The notes below the pieces were generated by a model. It ran no database searches and was not told the DNA's origin. It saw nothing but the letters and a program-made list of their open reading frames with translations. A program made the position numbers and the translations under genes. Below are positions 1 through 13,129 of a DNA stretch of 64,000 nt, one piece after another. The DNA is taken from contig RDEW01000005.1 of the NCBI GenBank assembly GCA_011109175.1, positions 186,001-250,000 on the forward strand, read 5' to 3'. This stretch comes from Dicyema japonicum (taxonomy: Eukaryota > Animalia > Dicyemida). Within the stretch, counting starts at the first letter, position 1; each line of letters starts with the position of its first letter.

Positions 1-310
1 CTGATGTCAGATGATAGTTTTCTGTGAATGGCGAATCCAAGACCATAGTGATTTGAGTCACTGGGTAGGGATATAAGTCGATATTTCTATGGTTTTTATT
101 GAGATAGTACGTAATTTTCGTCTCTTGTATACAGCCAATAGAAATGTTATATCTTTCTAGGTCATCACAGAGAGTATTTCTTGACTGAGGCTTAGATATT
201 CCTCTAGCATTGAACGTAAGAAGCTTTAGGGGAAGCATATTCTCTTGTATCTTTTGCTTTTAGACATTTTTCTTAACCATTGTACAGAGAAGAAACGAGG
301 TACGTCAAAA
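1..310 (-). mobile_element. RTE-like non-LTR retrotransposon, 5' APE endonuclease fragment (runs off the window start)
   Basis: Minus-strand translation gives LTFNARGI...IGCIQETK...HYGLGFAIHRK. Bases ~190-305 resemble 19400-19540, the 5' end of the RTE copy at 16310-19553. Confidence 0.7.
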
Positions 311-1987
311 TCTCAAACATGCTAAATCCACGAAAAAGTATTATGCATGGAATTCGAAATATCTCAACATAGTACTCAGAATCTTAGACAGTTAGTTAGT
401 TAAGTAACTCCGGCCTCACTAACTTGTAGGAGACCAGCGGCTATTAAGTAGGACGGATCAAATGTCGGTCGCTCCAAATCTTAGGCAATAAAATATCAAA
501 TATCGAAAAAACTGTTTATTTTATTGAAATCAATAGAATCAATTATTCTGACAGGGTATCCATTATGACCTGTAGACATTTAGCCTTCATGACGGCGTGC
601 CAACTGTTCTGGAAGAGTCATTGTGTCATTCTAGGCTCTCCCTTCAGCATTCCTGCAAGCCTGTTTATTAAATTTCAAGGTCAATTTTTAGTTGATTTTC
701 TTAAATATTTCGCGTGTACCAAATTTAAATTAACCCCATCTAAGATTCCTAGAGGTAGATGGAACCTTATTATTGGATAGTTCGACGCTGAAAATTCTGA
801 AAGTATAAATCCTAACGAACTGGAGATGGTGGATAATTATCAAAGTGGAGGAGCAGGGAATTGATCTAAATCAACTCCCAAAATACTAGCAACATCAAAC
901 AGGGCTGCAAAGATAAATATAAAACCGGATAAACTCGGCAATTTATTATATGTAGCTTCTGCAGAGTATTAATGAAGTCACTGATATTATTTATTTTGCT
1001 CAAGTGCGTACAAATAAGATAAAGTAGAGTAGCTGCTAGTAAATGTTGATAGGAAAATCTTAAAGTTCCCGAGTGACTTGAATATTTTATTAGGAGCGAG
1101 CTATCAAAGTCACATTACAATTTTCTGAGAATTTTAACTTTTACTTAGAAATTTTCGGTTTCCGCATTATGAACCCAGAATTATTATGGTAAAATAAAAA
1201 TTTTGTTGGACCAAGCAGTATGGCAAACAATGATATGGAAGCTTACTTCCAAGCAGTTGTGGATGCCGCGGACGTCCACGCTACTCTCTCCCTATTCAAG
1301 TCACGAAGATCTTAGGACTGTAAATAAGAAACTCGAAAATGCAGACGACCTGGATGTTCTTCGAAAAGTCACCTTCTCATGGAGAGCTTGAAGAATCTAA
1401 AATGGAAGATTGTCCATGGTGTTGCAGTAATAACTAGGGAATAACTTTCTTTAGTTGAGTTTTGCAAAAATAATAATACTTGTTGAAACCACATGATTTT
1501 GAATTACCATTGTTCAACCTTCGATATGGGCGTTACACCCACCCAAATCATTAAAAAGTTGAGGGCTCAGGGACACAACACGAGACCTGAAAACCGAAAC
1601 TAAAGTTTAAGTGCACAGAAAATGGCCGAAACACCTATCAAAACGACAAGAATATCTCCAGCGTTTCTAACATCCAACGGGCGACTTAAGACCTTCCCAC
1701 CGAGACAGATCGCTCCCCGAGATCCTCAACTACCAAGTCGAGTATTGGTGGTCCAGACCAAGCAATGAAATCTCGATTGCTACGTCTACACCATAGGCAC
1801 GTGCGTCCAACTCTGACTTCTTTTTGTGTCAACGATTCTAAATCAATGATCTCAAGAAGTCTGCACTGCAGTATTTTGTTGTCTTCCTGTCGTATCCCCT
1901 TTCAAATGGTGGATCAATAAAATAATCCTAAAGTAATTATTGACAATAAGAATCATTAGTATAGATTAAATATAATTAGTGGGATAT

Positions 1988-2660
1988 TCAGTGAATAAGT
2001 CCGATGGTTTTATCGCACGTTGAAAGGGCAATAAAAAGTTGACCCAGATAGTAAAACAGAATTATAATTTCCGAGGAAAATGAGAAATTCACGATGAATA
2101 AATTGATGGAAAGGAGTACGTCAGAAATTAAAAACAAAAGTCCACCAACACTGCTGGAAAGTACAGTCCAATAATGCAGTCTTTTGAGACTTAGAGGAGC
2201 AAGGGCTCTCCACAGCATTACACAAATCACGAAGGAATACGCATAAATTATCAACTCGATTTTGTGAGACATAATAAAAGAAAAAAACAGCAAATGACTC
2301 CAATAGCGACTCCTGAAATTCATCAAGCATTTACCTATTGAGACCAAAAGGGGGCGGAATCCAAATGCCAGAATATACAAGATATGGCCAATCAAAAAGA
2401 CCCCAACTCCATATTCAAAGAAAACTGGGAAAAGAAGCAATACATCGCCAACACTACCCATAGCCAACCAATACAAATTAATAGGGAATATTTGAGGTTG
2501 ACTTTGAAGCCATTTTTTATCACAAAAAGGATCAAAATGTAGATTGGTAGACATTTAAACACTACTGTAACCCATTTGCTTAAATAGCCGAGAAACTTGA
2601 TGTAGAAACACGAAGATATCGAAAATGGGAGGAGGAATGGTAAAATCGATCTTAACTATA
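1988..2660 (-). CDS. TMEM86: TMEM86/YhhN-family lysoplasmalogenase-like membrane protein (spliced, with frameshifts; start uncertain)
   Basis: Motifs KWVTVVFKCLPIYILILF, GSVGDVLL, GHILYILAFGFRPL, VMLWRA and GGLLFLISD..INLF...YYLGQLFIALS match TMEM86A as I recall it. Probable 22-nt GT-AG intron at 2313-2334. At least two 1-nt frameshifts are needed to join the frames. Confidence 0.8.
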
Positions 2661-2876
2661 ATATGAATACTCTATAATGACTTACAACAACTGAATAATC
2701 GTATTTTTTAACTTTAATAAAGGAATCTATGGCCATTGAGGAAATAAATATTTAAAATATTCAAAAATGATAATTTTATTTTAAAATATCAATTAATAAT
2801 TTTTATTTAAATTTAATAAATCTAAATAATTTTTTAGCTTTGGTCCAGGATTATTCTATTTATTTTATTTTCCATA

Positions 2877-3207
2877 AAGCCGGGTGGCCTTAGTGGTTAA
2901 GTGTCGGGCTAAAGTGCTTATGCTACGGGTTCGAATCTCGCTGCTGTTCACCTGGTGAAAGGTTCCACGCATCTACGATGCCAAAAGGGTTTGACGAGTG
3001 ACGCCGTCATCAGTGAATAATCACTGCGGAACTGGATTGTCTAGAAAGGACATTCACACAAGAAAAAAGAAAACAAAGAAGTGAAGATCATTCCTTGGTT
3101 CTACGATTAGTTAAAATTAACTGTTCTTTACTTAAATAAAGTGTGTGTCCTGCCTATGCGGAGCTAAAATACTATGGCTCTCGTGAAAAGGCTTTATTAT
3201 TATATTA
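2877..3207 (+). mobile_element. tRNA-derived SINE, full length
   Basis: A box TGGCCTTAGTGG (~2885) and B box GGTTCGAATC (2928-2937), (TTA)n tail, candidate TSD TTTCCATA at 2869-2876 and 3208-3215. Near-identical copy at ~54155-54476. Confidence 0.8.
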
Positions 3208-3399
3208 TTTCCATAGTTCATATCTCCCAATGTCATATCGATGCCTCTGTGTCCTAAACAGCACAAAATAAAGAACATCTTACCCTTACTATTGGAACTC
3301 CAAAAGCGATTCCGATGGGGACCAGCTTTGTTCTCTAAGAGATTTCTCATGGCATCAAGATATTGAACTTAACCTCGGGATCAGAATCTTACAAATTAC

Positions 3400-4600
3400 G
3401 GTAATGGAATTATTGATGATTTAAATGAAAAGTATCCCCAAGTCTTCCGACATAAACATCTCGTCATACTGGACAATCAACATCAGCACAAAAGATGTGT
3501 GACAGGTCCTAGGGATCTAAATAAATCTCCTGATGTCTCACTATCTTTTCTTCTTTCTCGGCATCGTCTTACTGCAATATCAGATACGACTTACTCTCTG
3601 ACCACAATCTGAGCATCATCGACACTCACAATTTTCAAAACCACCTGACCTTGCAGGATTCAGCCTCTACACAGACCAAGAACATACAAGTCTCTAGTTC
3701 CCTCATCCATGACCTAGTCAAAATGGTCGAAACTCCCACTCCAAAGGCTATGATTGGATGTATTCTCTATCTGAAGCATCTCAATCCCAACGCACTTGAT
3801 GGACTCCAAACTATCTTCGAATTGTCTGTAAATACATGCTATATAGTAATTTTTCAATAATACATGGGTTCTCCAAAGAACTCGATCATATCCTCAAAAC
3901 CAACAAAGATCCTTCTGACCTTCCGTCGTACAAATTTATCATGTTCTCTAAGTAGTATTGAAGATTCTGGAGAGAATATCAATAAATTCAATTTCCCATC
4001 ACTTCATCATTTCCAAATCACAACACGACTTTCGGTCCCACAACTAAACCATCTCTCCACTTTGACCAAATTTGTTTTTGACGAATTCAACAATTTTTCC
4101 CCACCTAAAGCAATTGTTCTGACTTCCATCGACCTAACTAAATTTTGATTGCACCACCCGTGTGATTCATTTGAACAAGATTTTTGCCTATTTTCTCGTG
4201 AGACTGGACTAGCCTGCGTACTATCATATATGTCTTGTATTCGCTATCTTCCGAACCTTGCCCTTTAGGGATCAGTCCCCTTCCCTTCAATTTTAAACCC
4301 TCACCTCAATGGCATCCCCACAACTTATGCAATCCTTTTTCTTTCCAACGCTGAAAATCTCATTATTGCAGCCAAACATAAAAACATACAAAATTTTCAG
4401 TTAACCTTCAAAATCCAATGAATCTTTTTTTCCAACTGGATTGATCCGAACTGGATGACTTCTTCACTTTTAAAGTCTTCAGTAAACCTTATTTACCAGA
4501 TCAAAAGCAATTTAACTTTAGTCTTACTTCTTGGCCTAAATAACCAGCTTCATCCAGTGAACAGACACACAAAATTCGGATTCATTTTTCACCAATCTCT
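3400..4600 (+). mobile_element. Highly degenerate LINE reverse transcriptase remnant
   Basis: Broken motifs KPTKDPSDLPSY (RT domain 1), SIDLTK.FD, a QGS-like motif and a TYA-like motif, with many stops. Confidence 0.55.
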
Positions 4601-6354
4601 GTGATTTAAAAAACATATTAATAATCTATGTACTAAAGACAAACAAAAACGAACGTTTTTCATGCAACAACAGTTTGCTAAAAGGGTCAACCTAATGAAT
4701 ATCCACCCTCTTTACAGACGATTCATAAGGATGATGCTTAATTGTGGTCTTCCAAGTTGCGCCTCATGTAAAACACTCGCCTTTCCACGAAAGTCACACA
4801 GATGCAAAAACCATTTTCGAGATCTTAACGGGATGCTTTGATTACTTAAACTAGGAGACAAATATTCTTTCGTTAGGAGACCACTTCAAAATGCGAAGCT
4901 TACAATACCTTTAACAACCCCCTTCACACTATTTACATCTACTAATCACAGATACATCCGTACACTCCTCACTGAACTTCAAAGAATCTTGCTTCCACCA
5001 AAAAATCGAACCTGAACTAAAAAAATACACGACCTAGTATTCACCCATGCAATATGAGCCTTATAGAAAACGAAATACTGGGTCGCAGACGCCCTGAGGT
5101 CAACGCTTCAAAATGCTGCTCCTGATGACCATCAGAGTAAGACTTGGCCGCCTACCGTGAGAATACAGCCTATCTCTAGATAGAAGAGAAGTTCAATATC
5201 TCTTTGCTTTTCCTGAACCATCACAATTCGACGAGAAATGGAGGAACTCTGGGAGTGAACAGTTTTCCTAGATGTTAGCGAAGCTGGGGTCAATCATTTA
5301 GCATAGTGGTCACTGTTTAGTGTGATCACTTATGTCGCGAATGATTGAAAGATTCCTTACTGCTCTTTGTCTCTTTCGAATCCTAAGAGGCGTAATGTGA
5401 TCTACCTATCTTATAAAACATTAATTCTTGAACGGAATCCAAAAAAAGATTTCACTCTTTCCTACTTCATTTGAGGCTTCTTGCAACTGCAGATATCGAT
5501 GGACTTGTTGGTTGGAAGGGAAACATCTCACTTCAACCGTGGGAATTGATATTCCATAACTATAAGTAAGCGTTTCAGTAACGTTCTTTCGCCAGCCATC
5601 AGAGTGGGACTCGGACGCCTACGGTGTGGATAGCATACATCTCCGAATGGAAATTTATTTAGCTTAATTGGCAAAACTCAGTTCATTAAAAATAGTCAAA
5701 ATGTTTTAAAGTCATAAATCTAGCAAAGAATTTATTCAACTTTATAAAGAAAGTAAACAAGAGCACATATGATCACCAGAAAATATAATAAAATAACAAA
5801 TGAGGCGTACAAGAATGGTGGCGTGTCATCATTCTCAGCGGGAACAGTACCCAAATTCATCGCAACAGCTTGTAATTGATGCTTATATTAATCAAATGAT
5901 AACAGCTGCTATTATTTAAACGTGTGATTCAGAAATATAAGTAGGAATTGAATTTTTATGCCCAAGTTTGGATGGCGGTATCGGTTTTCTCCCAATCGCG
6001 TTTAAAACCTCTAAAACAGTTGAAAATATCGGGAAAGCTATTGCGGTTCCAAGACCTTCGTGAGCTAGAATAATTTCGACAACGTTTTGAAATGCCTATG
6101 TTCGTTAGAATGTTCATGGGTACTGGTGTACTTGTGTCCCCCTAAGCACTTATAGTACCCCTAAGAAATTATAATACCCTCTAAGCAATTATAGAACCTT
6201 GTGTGCCTATCGTGTGGATACAGTCTATCTAAAAACTATGTAATAATAGTACCCTAGTAATTATAGAACCCTCATAATAATAATAATAATTTTTTGATCA
6301 TAAAATTTTTTTAAGACAAGTGCACCGGTACCATGTTCACGTCTCTTGGTAGCT

Positions 6355-7255
6355 CGATCACCGAGTTAACTCCACTAATTTATTTATTTAAAAACCCAAA
6401 TACCACGAAGAAAGAATAGTTAAACCCACTAATTAGGTGATCCTGGCCTCAAATATCTCCTGGATTCTGTTTGAGCGTTCTGCCAGCGATCCAAATGCAC
6501 TCGGGAAGTGTCTTCTTTTGCGTCTACAGAGGAATTCTAATGGCGTGGCTTTCTTTATTGTCGATCGGAATTTTTCTGCGTGAGCCACCTTGTCATTAAT
6601 TGGGTTCCCTAGCTCCCTGCAGAAACGTAGGAAACCCTACCCATTTTTCAACGTCGCCTCCTCAGAAAAAAGAATGGTGATGGATTAGCTGTCGGCTTGC
6701 ATGAGCCGTAAGATTTTTCGCTTAAGAGAGTTTATATGCTTGATCCAGGAAGAGAGAAGGAAAGTGTCAACAAGAAACTCTAAAAAAGAGTTTACGATAC
6801 GAGCTGTAGGTGGGAGGGGGCTCGAAAGTTACTCCAAGTATTTTCTGGATTTGCGTTGAATGAATAGAGATGTCACTAAAAAATAGCTCGACTCCACCCT
6901 TAAATTTCCTGTCCGTAGTGAACAGGGTGAACTGAGACTTAGATGCAGATACGGATAACCAACCTGGATAACCAACCTGGCTGAGGTATTGAACCACCGT
7001 CGAGCCACAAGGGGAGATCTAATCTTTAAGGTGTAAAAACATGGGTAAGTCTTATGAAAATATGTTAAACAGGATCGGAGATAAAGGGGAACCTTGCGGG
7101 ACACAATTTGGGAGTAGCCTCGATTTTGAAGTAATTTTGTAGATCTGGACTCTTCCACGTCGGCCAGTTAAACCACATTTCAGCCATAGCTTAATGTTCG
7201 AATGTAAATTCAAATTAAAGATCTTCTTCGCCAAGACTGACCTCGAACAGAGTAG
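6355..7255 (-). mobile_element. LINE RT and C-terminal fragment (Jockey/I-like APE element); duplicate at 29517-30540
   Basis: NIKLWLK...SKSRLLPNCVPQGSPLSPILFNIF and QKILGVTF motifs. The copy-2 version extends to IDIQKAFDSV and WNDSLITPIIKSRKPKNNP. Confidence 0.8.
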
Positions 7256-7410
7256 TAAAACAACAAAAATTATATTTAATCTAAATAAAAAAATAATTGA
7301 CCCTGCATTACCTTAGCAATAGTGTTAAGTCTGTGTTGTAACTTGTCATTTTCAACTTAAGACAAGATTCCAATTTTGCATCAGTAATTTGACTTTTTAA
7401 TTTTGATTAA

Positions 7411-7545
7411 AGAAACTTGGACGCTTAGCTACACTAAAAAGCCACGACGCACGTGAGACCCGGTGGCTACTCCAGTTGATCTCTGTTGCAATCGTGAGAG
7501 GCAACGCAACGTCGATAATGTCGGCGGGGTCCACTTTGGATGGAT
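7411..7545. repeat. Dispersed ~130-bp hairpin-rich repeat (other copies at 24831-24960 and ~41220-41345)
   Basis: Shared core agaaacttgga.gc.tagctacactaaaaagccacgacgcacgt...gtggct...ctctgttgc...gagaggcaac. Confidence 0.75.
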
Positions 7546-8379
7546 GGCAGTTTTAAATATGCTTTACTGGGGATAAATTAACTGATTATTTTATTTATTT
7601 GATCATTAAAAAATTTTGATTAATCAAATTCAAACGGTGTATTTTTAATTTTATTTAAAATCTCTATGATAAAATTTGGAATAGTTGTTGTGACAAATTT
7701 AGAAAACAGGATTTGATGAATTCACCATCTGTGAATGGTTTCCCCATTTTTGCAATTTCGTGACTGACGATGAAGCTTCCAATATTAGTTGTCCTTCCAG
7801 ACTGCTTCTAATAAATAAATGTTGAACTTCTAAAGGAGGCATTTTGGAAGGTGATTTGAGCTTGATGGCAAAAGTCTATTGACGTTGTAAAAGACGTTTT
7901 CTATCCGTTTTTACTTATTTATGGACATAATTGAAGAGCCACAAACAGAATTTATGATTAAGCGAGCAAAATTTTTTAAATTAAAGTTATTTCCCAAGAC
8001 CAAGGGTAATCCAACTAACTAACTCCTCGATCCTGACTCGTTCCAGAACTTGTCACCAGGTAGCGACGTTGACTCCGGGGATAAATTGTTGGGTCCTCTT
8101 GATGCCGGTCAGGCAATGGGCGCCTCCTCAGTAAGGTGGATCCAGTGACGCCATCTGAAGGAAAATGCAACTATCCACGTCTACCACATCGCGCCACGCG
8201 ATCTAGTATGAAAAAATTAAAATATGAAAAAATATGTAATAATTTAAATAAAAATAACAATTTAATATAAAATAGCATCTAAACATTACATATAATCAAA
8301 TTTTTGGTGTGGTTCACTTTCACGTGGAGAAAATTGGATAAATCTGGCAACTAAAAGAACCACAATTATTCCCCTGTCA

Positions 8380-9620
8380 ACCTTTTTCAACGAACTCTGG
8401 GAAGTCGGACTGGATGATGGCGGCTATTGAGCGGCGCGTAGCTTTCGCTCCCAAAGATCGAATTGGCTACTCCTAATCTTTGCTCGGGACATCTAACAGA
8501 ACCCAGGGCCCCACAAGAACGTGAAATTCCTCAATATCATGCTTGGTGAAAATAAACCCACACAAGATATACATTTGTAAATATTTACATCCCGCCACCA
8601 AGTCCCAGTATGAAACATTACTCCCCAAAACTAATCGAATTGCAAAAGATTGAAAATGTGATAATCTGCGGAGACCTAAATGCAAAAGATCCTCTCTGGT
8701 AATTGGCCAAAAGAGTAATGAGAGGGGGTTTCAGGTCCTCTCTCAACTAGAACAATTAGTTATCCTCAATGGCAGCAAATCACACACTCGAACAGCTTCC
8801 AAACCTGGACACTCTAATACATTACCTGACCTCACACTATGTTCTTCATCACTATCTTAGGCGATATCTTGGAGAATTGTATATGACCTACACTCGGACC
8901 ATAATCCAATTCTACTGTCAATCGAACTACTCTCGCCTATTGTTAGGCATTGGAAAACTACAACGAATTACAAACGTGCAAAGTGGGATTCATTCAGAGA
9001 AGAAACAGAAATTTCTATCCGACTTTTCCGTTGAGAATTTCAAATTGCTTGACGCGCAATGAAATTTTTTAATGAGGTCATCCTCAGTGCCGACAAGAAA
9101 TAAATTCCAAGAGGACTCATTGAAGACTATAATCCCAATTTCACTAAGGAAATTATCGAAAAGATTCATACAAGACGTCGACTCAAAAAATCAAGAATTT
9201 ATACGGCCGAACTATCCAACCTTAATAGCAAAATTACAGAATTAATCAACAAGAGGAAATTGGACCGTTGGAACAATTTCATCACAAAAATTAACCACCG
9301 AACAAAACTACAAGAGATTTTTGGGGCACTTTACGTGGAATTCAGTCGAAACAAAATAGAATAGAGACAACCCACGGTAATTGTAGCGTGGCGTTATGTG
9401 GTCCACCAATTCAAAAAATTCAAAAGGATTTGGCAACGCCCAGAGGGCTTCTAATACCCTCCCGAAAAGGACCATTAGACCCCCTCCTCCCGGGGTCATT
9501 ATCGACCCCGGCGATGTGCTTTAAAAAAGTCCAAACATTCCCGGCGAAAATCCTCAGCCCACTGTGGAGAAAGGAACTTTACTGCTCTCCAATTGAACAT
9601 CAACGGAAGTAAAGGCAAGG
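8380..9620 (+). mobile_element. LINE APE endonuclease and linker fragment (frameshifted)
   Basis: FVNIYIPPPSP...VIICGDLNAKDPLW endonuclease motifs. The 3' part is duplicated at ~30570-30960. Confidence 0.7.
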
Positions 9621-9624
9621 TCAG

Positions 9625-12250
9625 GGAACTCCGTCAATCCTGGCAAATCAGAAGATCGATGTGGCCATGATTCAAGAAACTAAACTCCGCATGAATGATT
9701 CCACTCCTTCATTCCTTGGATACGAGGAAATCAGGATGGACCGTAAAAAGAGAAGAGGTGGTGGACTACTTACTCTATTCAAAAAGAACATGAAATGCAG
9801 AGACATTACTTCGGAAGTGAAAAAACTTGTTAGAAATGACGAGGTTACTGAGGCAATAGGAATCTTGCTTGGGACAACGAAAGGAAGTATGTGCCTCGTG
9901 AATATCTACTTGCCTCCTTCCGGCTCCTGCCCAAAGGACTATGTTATTCCAAACCTATCAAGATTGGCTATCTACGATGAGATCATCATATGTGGAGATT
10001 TAAACGCAAAGCACCCATTATGGTTGTCAACCTAACTGGCCGACACGAGAGGGAAGCTATTGTTATTGAAATCGGACTCCCTAACGATACTGAACAATCA
10101 AGCGAAAAATACAAGGACCCCATTCATAGAGACAAATCAGCATACCTTTCCTGATATAACACTCTGCTCATCGTCGCTTTCATCAAAAATTAATTGGTCA
10201 GTCCTCTACGAAACAAGAATCAACCATAATCCAATTCTGATGAAGGTCATGAGAGAAGTCAGAGTGAGGAGAACACCTGCTAGTTAAAACTACAAAACTA
10301 CTTATTGGGAATTGTATCGCGCAATCTCTGATGATAATGAAGAATTGTTACTTTGTCAGCTTCAAATCGCTAGAAAAAGTGATCAAATACTTTACTTGCA
10401 CAATCCTAGAAGCAAGATCATTGGCAATTCCCAAGCATCGTCTAAACTCCTCTAATGGTGGAGGGAAGTCGGCATTGATCAAAGAAAGAAATCACCTCAA
10501 AAAATCTAATTGGATCACATTAAAAACGAAACTCCGGATCAGAGCTCTAAACAACGAAATAAAGGCCAGAGAGTTCAAGGCCCAGAAATTGAAGTGGAAT
10601 CGGATTCTTACAAAGGTAAATCGCAACCGTAGTACCGGAGAAGTGTGGAAAGCCATCCGAAATGTTGCAAAGGGAGAAGAAACTTCCCCGAGGATGACTA
10701 TACTCAACGAGACGTTAACAATTTGATAAAATTCTACACAAAAATTTCGTACAAGAACACAGGAAGTCGGAAGTGCTTCTCTCTTCATGGAGAAAACTGA
10801 AGAAGGATTCTAACCCAGTTTACTTCTCGGATGAAGACGTGAAGAATGCGCTGCGTTTTACAAGAACAACGTACTCTGCCGGTCCCGACAACATTCCAGT
10901 AGTGTTATTGAAGAACCTTGGAGATATTGGAGTCGGTTTTCTAACGTCGGTGTATAACTATTCAATTAATTGTAATGTAATACCGTTGTTATGGAAGCAA
11001 GCCAACATCCGACCTATACTGAAACCTGGAAAACCTAAGGAAGATCCGGCATCATTTAGACCTGTGTCATTGTTATGTTCCATATCGAAAATCCTGGAAA
11101 GGCTTGTGCTTGGGAGAATCAAGGATTTCTTACCAGAAAAGGATTTTCAACACGGATTCAAGAGCGATTGTTCTACATCAACGTACCTACAGAAATTAAC
11201 CAACTTCATTAGAGATGGTTTTTCAAACAAACCAAGGCATTTGAAAACAGTCTTATGTTCCATTGATATTAACAAGGCCTTTGATTCTATTTCGAGAAAA
11301 ATATTATCAAAGAAAATTTTCCAGTCGAGATCCCGGGGAAGCTTAAACTTTGGATAACAAATTTCTTAAGTGGACGAAGGGGACGTGTATGCCTCGGAGG
11401 ACTGAAATCAGTCTCACGTCTTCTCCCAAACGGTGTCCCCCAAGGATCTCCTTTATCCCCCGCCTTATTCAATTTATACCTGGCAGACCTCCCGACACCG
11501 GAATCCAATAACAATGTTCTACTCACATATGCGGACGACATTGTTTTGGCCTCGCGTGATCGGGATATCCAAAATGCTACAGAAAGATTACAAATAAACC
11601 TGGACCGACTCAACGCCTGGGTAATGAAGAACCGACTCACGATAAATTCCAGAAAGTCGGTCACGTCTATGTTTACTTCGGACAAAAGGTTGGGGAAGAT
11701 GACTGTCAAGTTAAAATTGGACAACATTGAAATCCCCTTCACCAAATGTCAGAAGATCCTGGGCGTGACACTGGATACACACTTATGTTTGTCACCACAC
11801 GTGGCAAACATTGTTCTGAAGTGCGAGAAGAGGATCAATGTATTAAAATGTTTATCTGGAATATGGAAGACAGGTACCCACCCGGTCTTGATGAACATTT
11901 ACAAGCAATACATCGAACCATGCTTCTCGTACGCGTGTGCTTCGTGGGGACCTTCATTATCATGGACGAACACTAAGAAAATTGAGGACGTTCAAAAGAA
12001 AGCTTTCAGAATGACGGAGCGGTGGTCTTGTGGGAGACACAGAACCGGACCGACTACTCTGGAGGCCCTCATTAAACAAAACTCCGGCATGCGGGAAGGT
12101 GGCCCTGCAAATACAGTCAGCCGCCCAGTACGAGCTTGTGTGGGTACGAGGAGGAGCACCGGGAAAGAATGAGGATTTTGGGGAGCGCATCGGGATCACG
12201 TGATAGTTAGTTTTGGTTTACTGTGGTCTTGGGTTTAAATAAATAAAATA
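9625..12250 (+). mobile_element. Near-complete APE-RT ORF of a Jockey/I-like LINE, frameshifted; AT-rich tail near 12235-12255
   Basis: IQETKL, RKKRRGGGLL, NIYLPP, ICGDLNAKH (endonuclease); GPDNI, FRPVSLL, FQHGF, DINKAFDSI, GVPQGSPLSP, YADD, KILGVTLD (RT). ORF-track pieces 9661-10035, 10773-11357 and 11546-12172. Confidence 0.92.
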
Positions 12251-12289
12251 AATATAATCTTATATGAATATATTTTGGCCGCGTGGCAC

Positions 12290-12545
12290 CATGTGGTGCT
12301 TCGTGGCTAATTGGTTTAAGTTTCTGTTTTGCTTGTCTGTTCATCCTCTCTCTTCCTATTAGATTGGCGTCATGTGATCCACCTGTCTAGGTGGCGCCTA
12401 CTCCACTGGAGGGGTTTCCACAACTGCAAGTACGACGTCTTACCTTTATGTTGATTCCGGATGGACTCTGTAGAAGTGGAAACTGGATACACTTAACTAG
12501 TTGGTTACTTTTAACTTCTTTCTCGGCGTATCAGGGGGTAATAAA
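12290..12545 (+). repeat. Dispersed ~250-bp retroelement 3' module (reverse copies at ~50850-51120 and ~59250-59490)
   Basis: Shared core catgtgatccacctgtctaggtggcg...ctccactggaggggtttccacaactgca...tttctcggygtatc followed by an A/T tail. Confidence 0.7.
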
Positions 12546-12609
12546 TAAAAATCTATGTAAAACATTTTGGAAGAAGAACACTATTTTAAAAATGTTTTTA
12601 TTAGTGGTC

Positions 12610-12680
12610 TAAATAACCTCGGTGCTAGTCAAGCACAATAAACCGGACATTGTGTTACACGATAACAAGTCTGGCCAAGA
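12610..12680 (+). mobile_element. Short REL endonuclease fragment (R2/R4/NeSL-type)
   Basis: VKHNKPDIVLHDNK resembles the HNxPDIV motif of REL-bearing non-LTR elements. Confidence 0.45.
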
Positions 12681-13129
12681 GCAAATTTACCTTTTGATGG
12701 CATCTTGGCATAAAGCACTTACTGAGAAAGGTGGATCGTATGACACCATTCTAATTGAAGTAAGGGAGAAAGAAACAGAGCATTGCAAAAGAACTTTCGG
12801 CAGAGTAGGGGTGATTGAATCCAGGACCATTGTTGGAGGTATGACATCCTACCCACTTAATAGTTTTGGAGATAAGGTAAATAAGTTAATCCAGGGTGTT
12901 TGAATGGCCAGTGTTTCCTCTGAGATGCGCTCTATAAGCCAATCAGTTTCACGTAGATCCTTGGTAACCCTTTCAATCATTGACATAAACCGATGGACTA
13001 GGTTCGTCTTGTTGTAGGCCAAAGATTCCTGATGTTTGGAGTGATTAATGGTTTTGTAATTTAATCTCAAAGTATAGTAACTATGTCAGACTCCCAGAAT
13101 AGATCCAGAGTTTTATTTATTTAAAGGGA

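Noticed and set aside
1203-1445. Small protein gene (MANNDMEAYF...)
   Set aside because: It needs two frame corrections and matches no family I recognise; insufficient support.
2877-2950. Functional tRNA gene
   Set aside because: A and B boxes are present but there is no acceptor stem or anticodon arm, and the sequence continues into a 300-bp repeated body with a tail, so it is a SINE head.
2995-3030. Hammerhead ribozyme in the SINE core (reverse strand CTGATGA plus a stem)
   Set aside because: The stem after CUGAUGA is not followed by the required GAAA, and no stems I and III with a cleavage triplet can be formed.
11287-11745. 152-aa antisense ORF and similar ORFs (10492-10788, 32407-32679, 16537-16818, 39046-39469)
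   Set aside because: These are shadow frames opposite RT coding sequence, with no independent coding signal.
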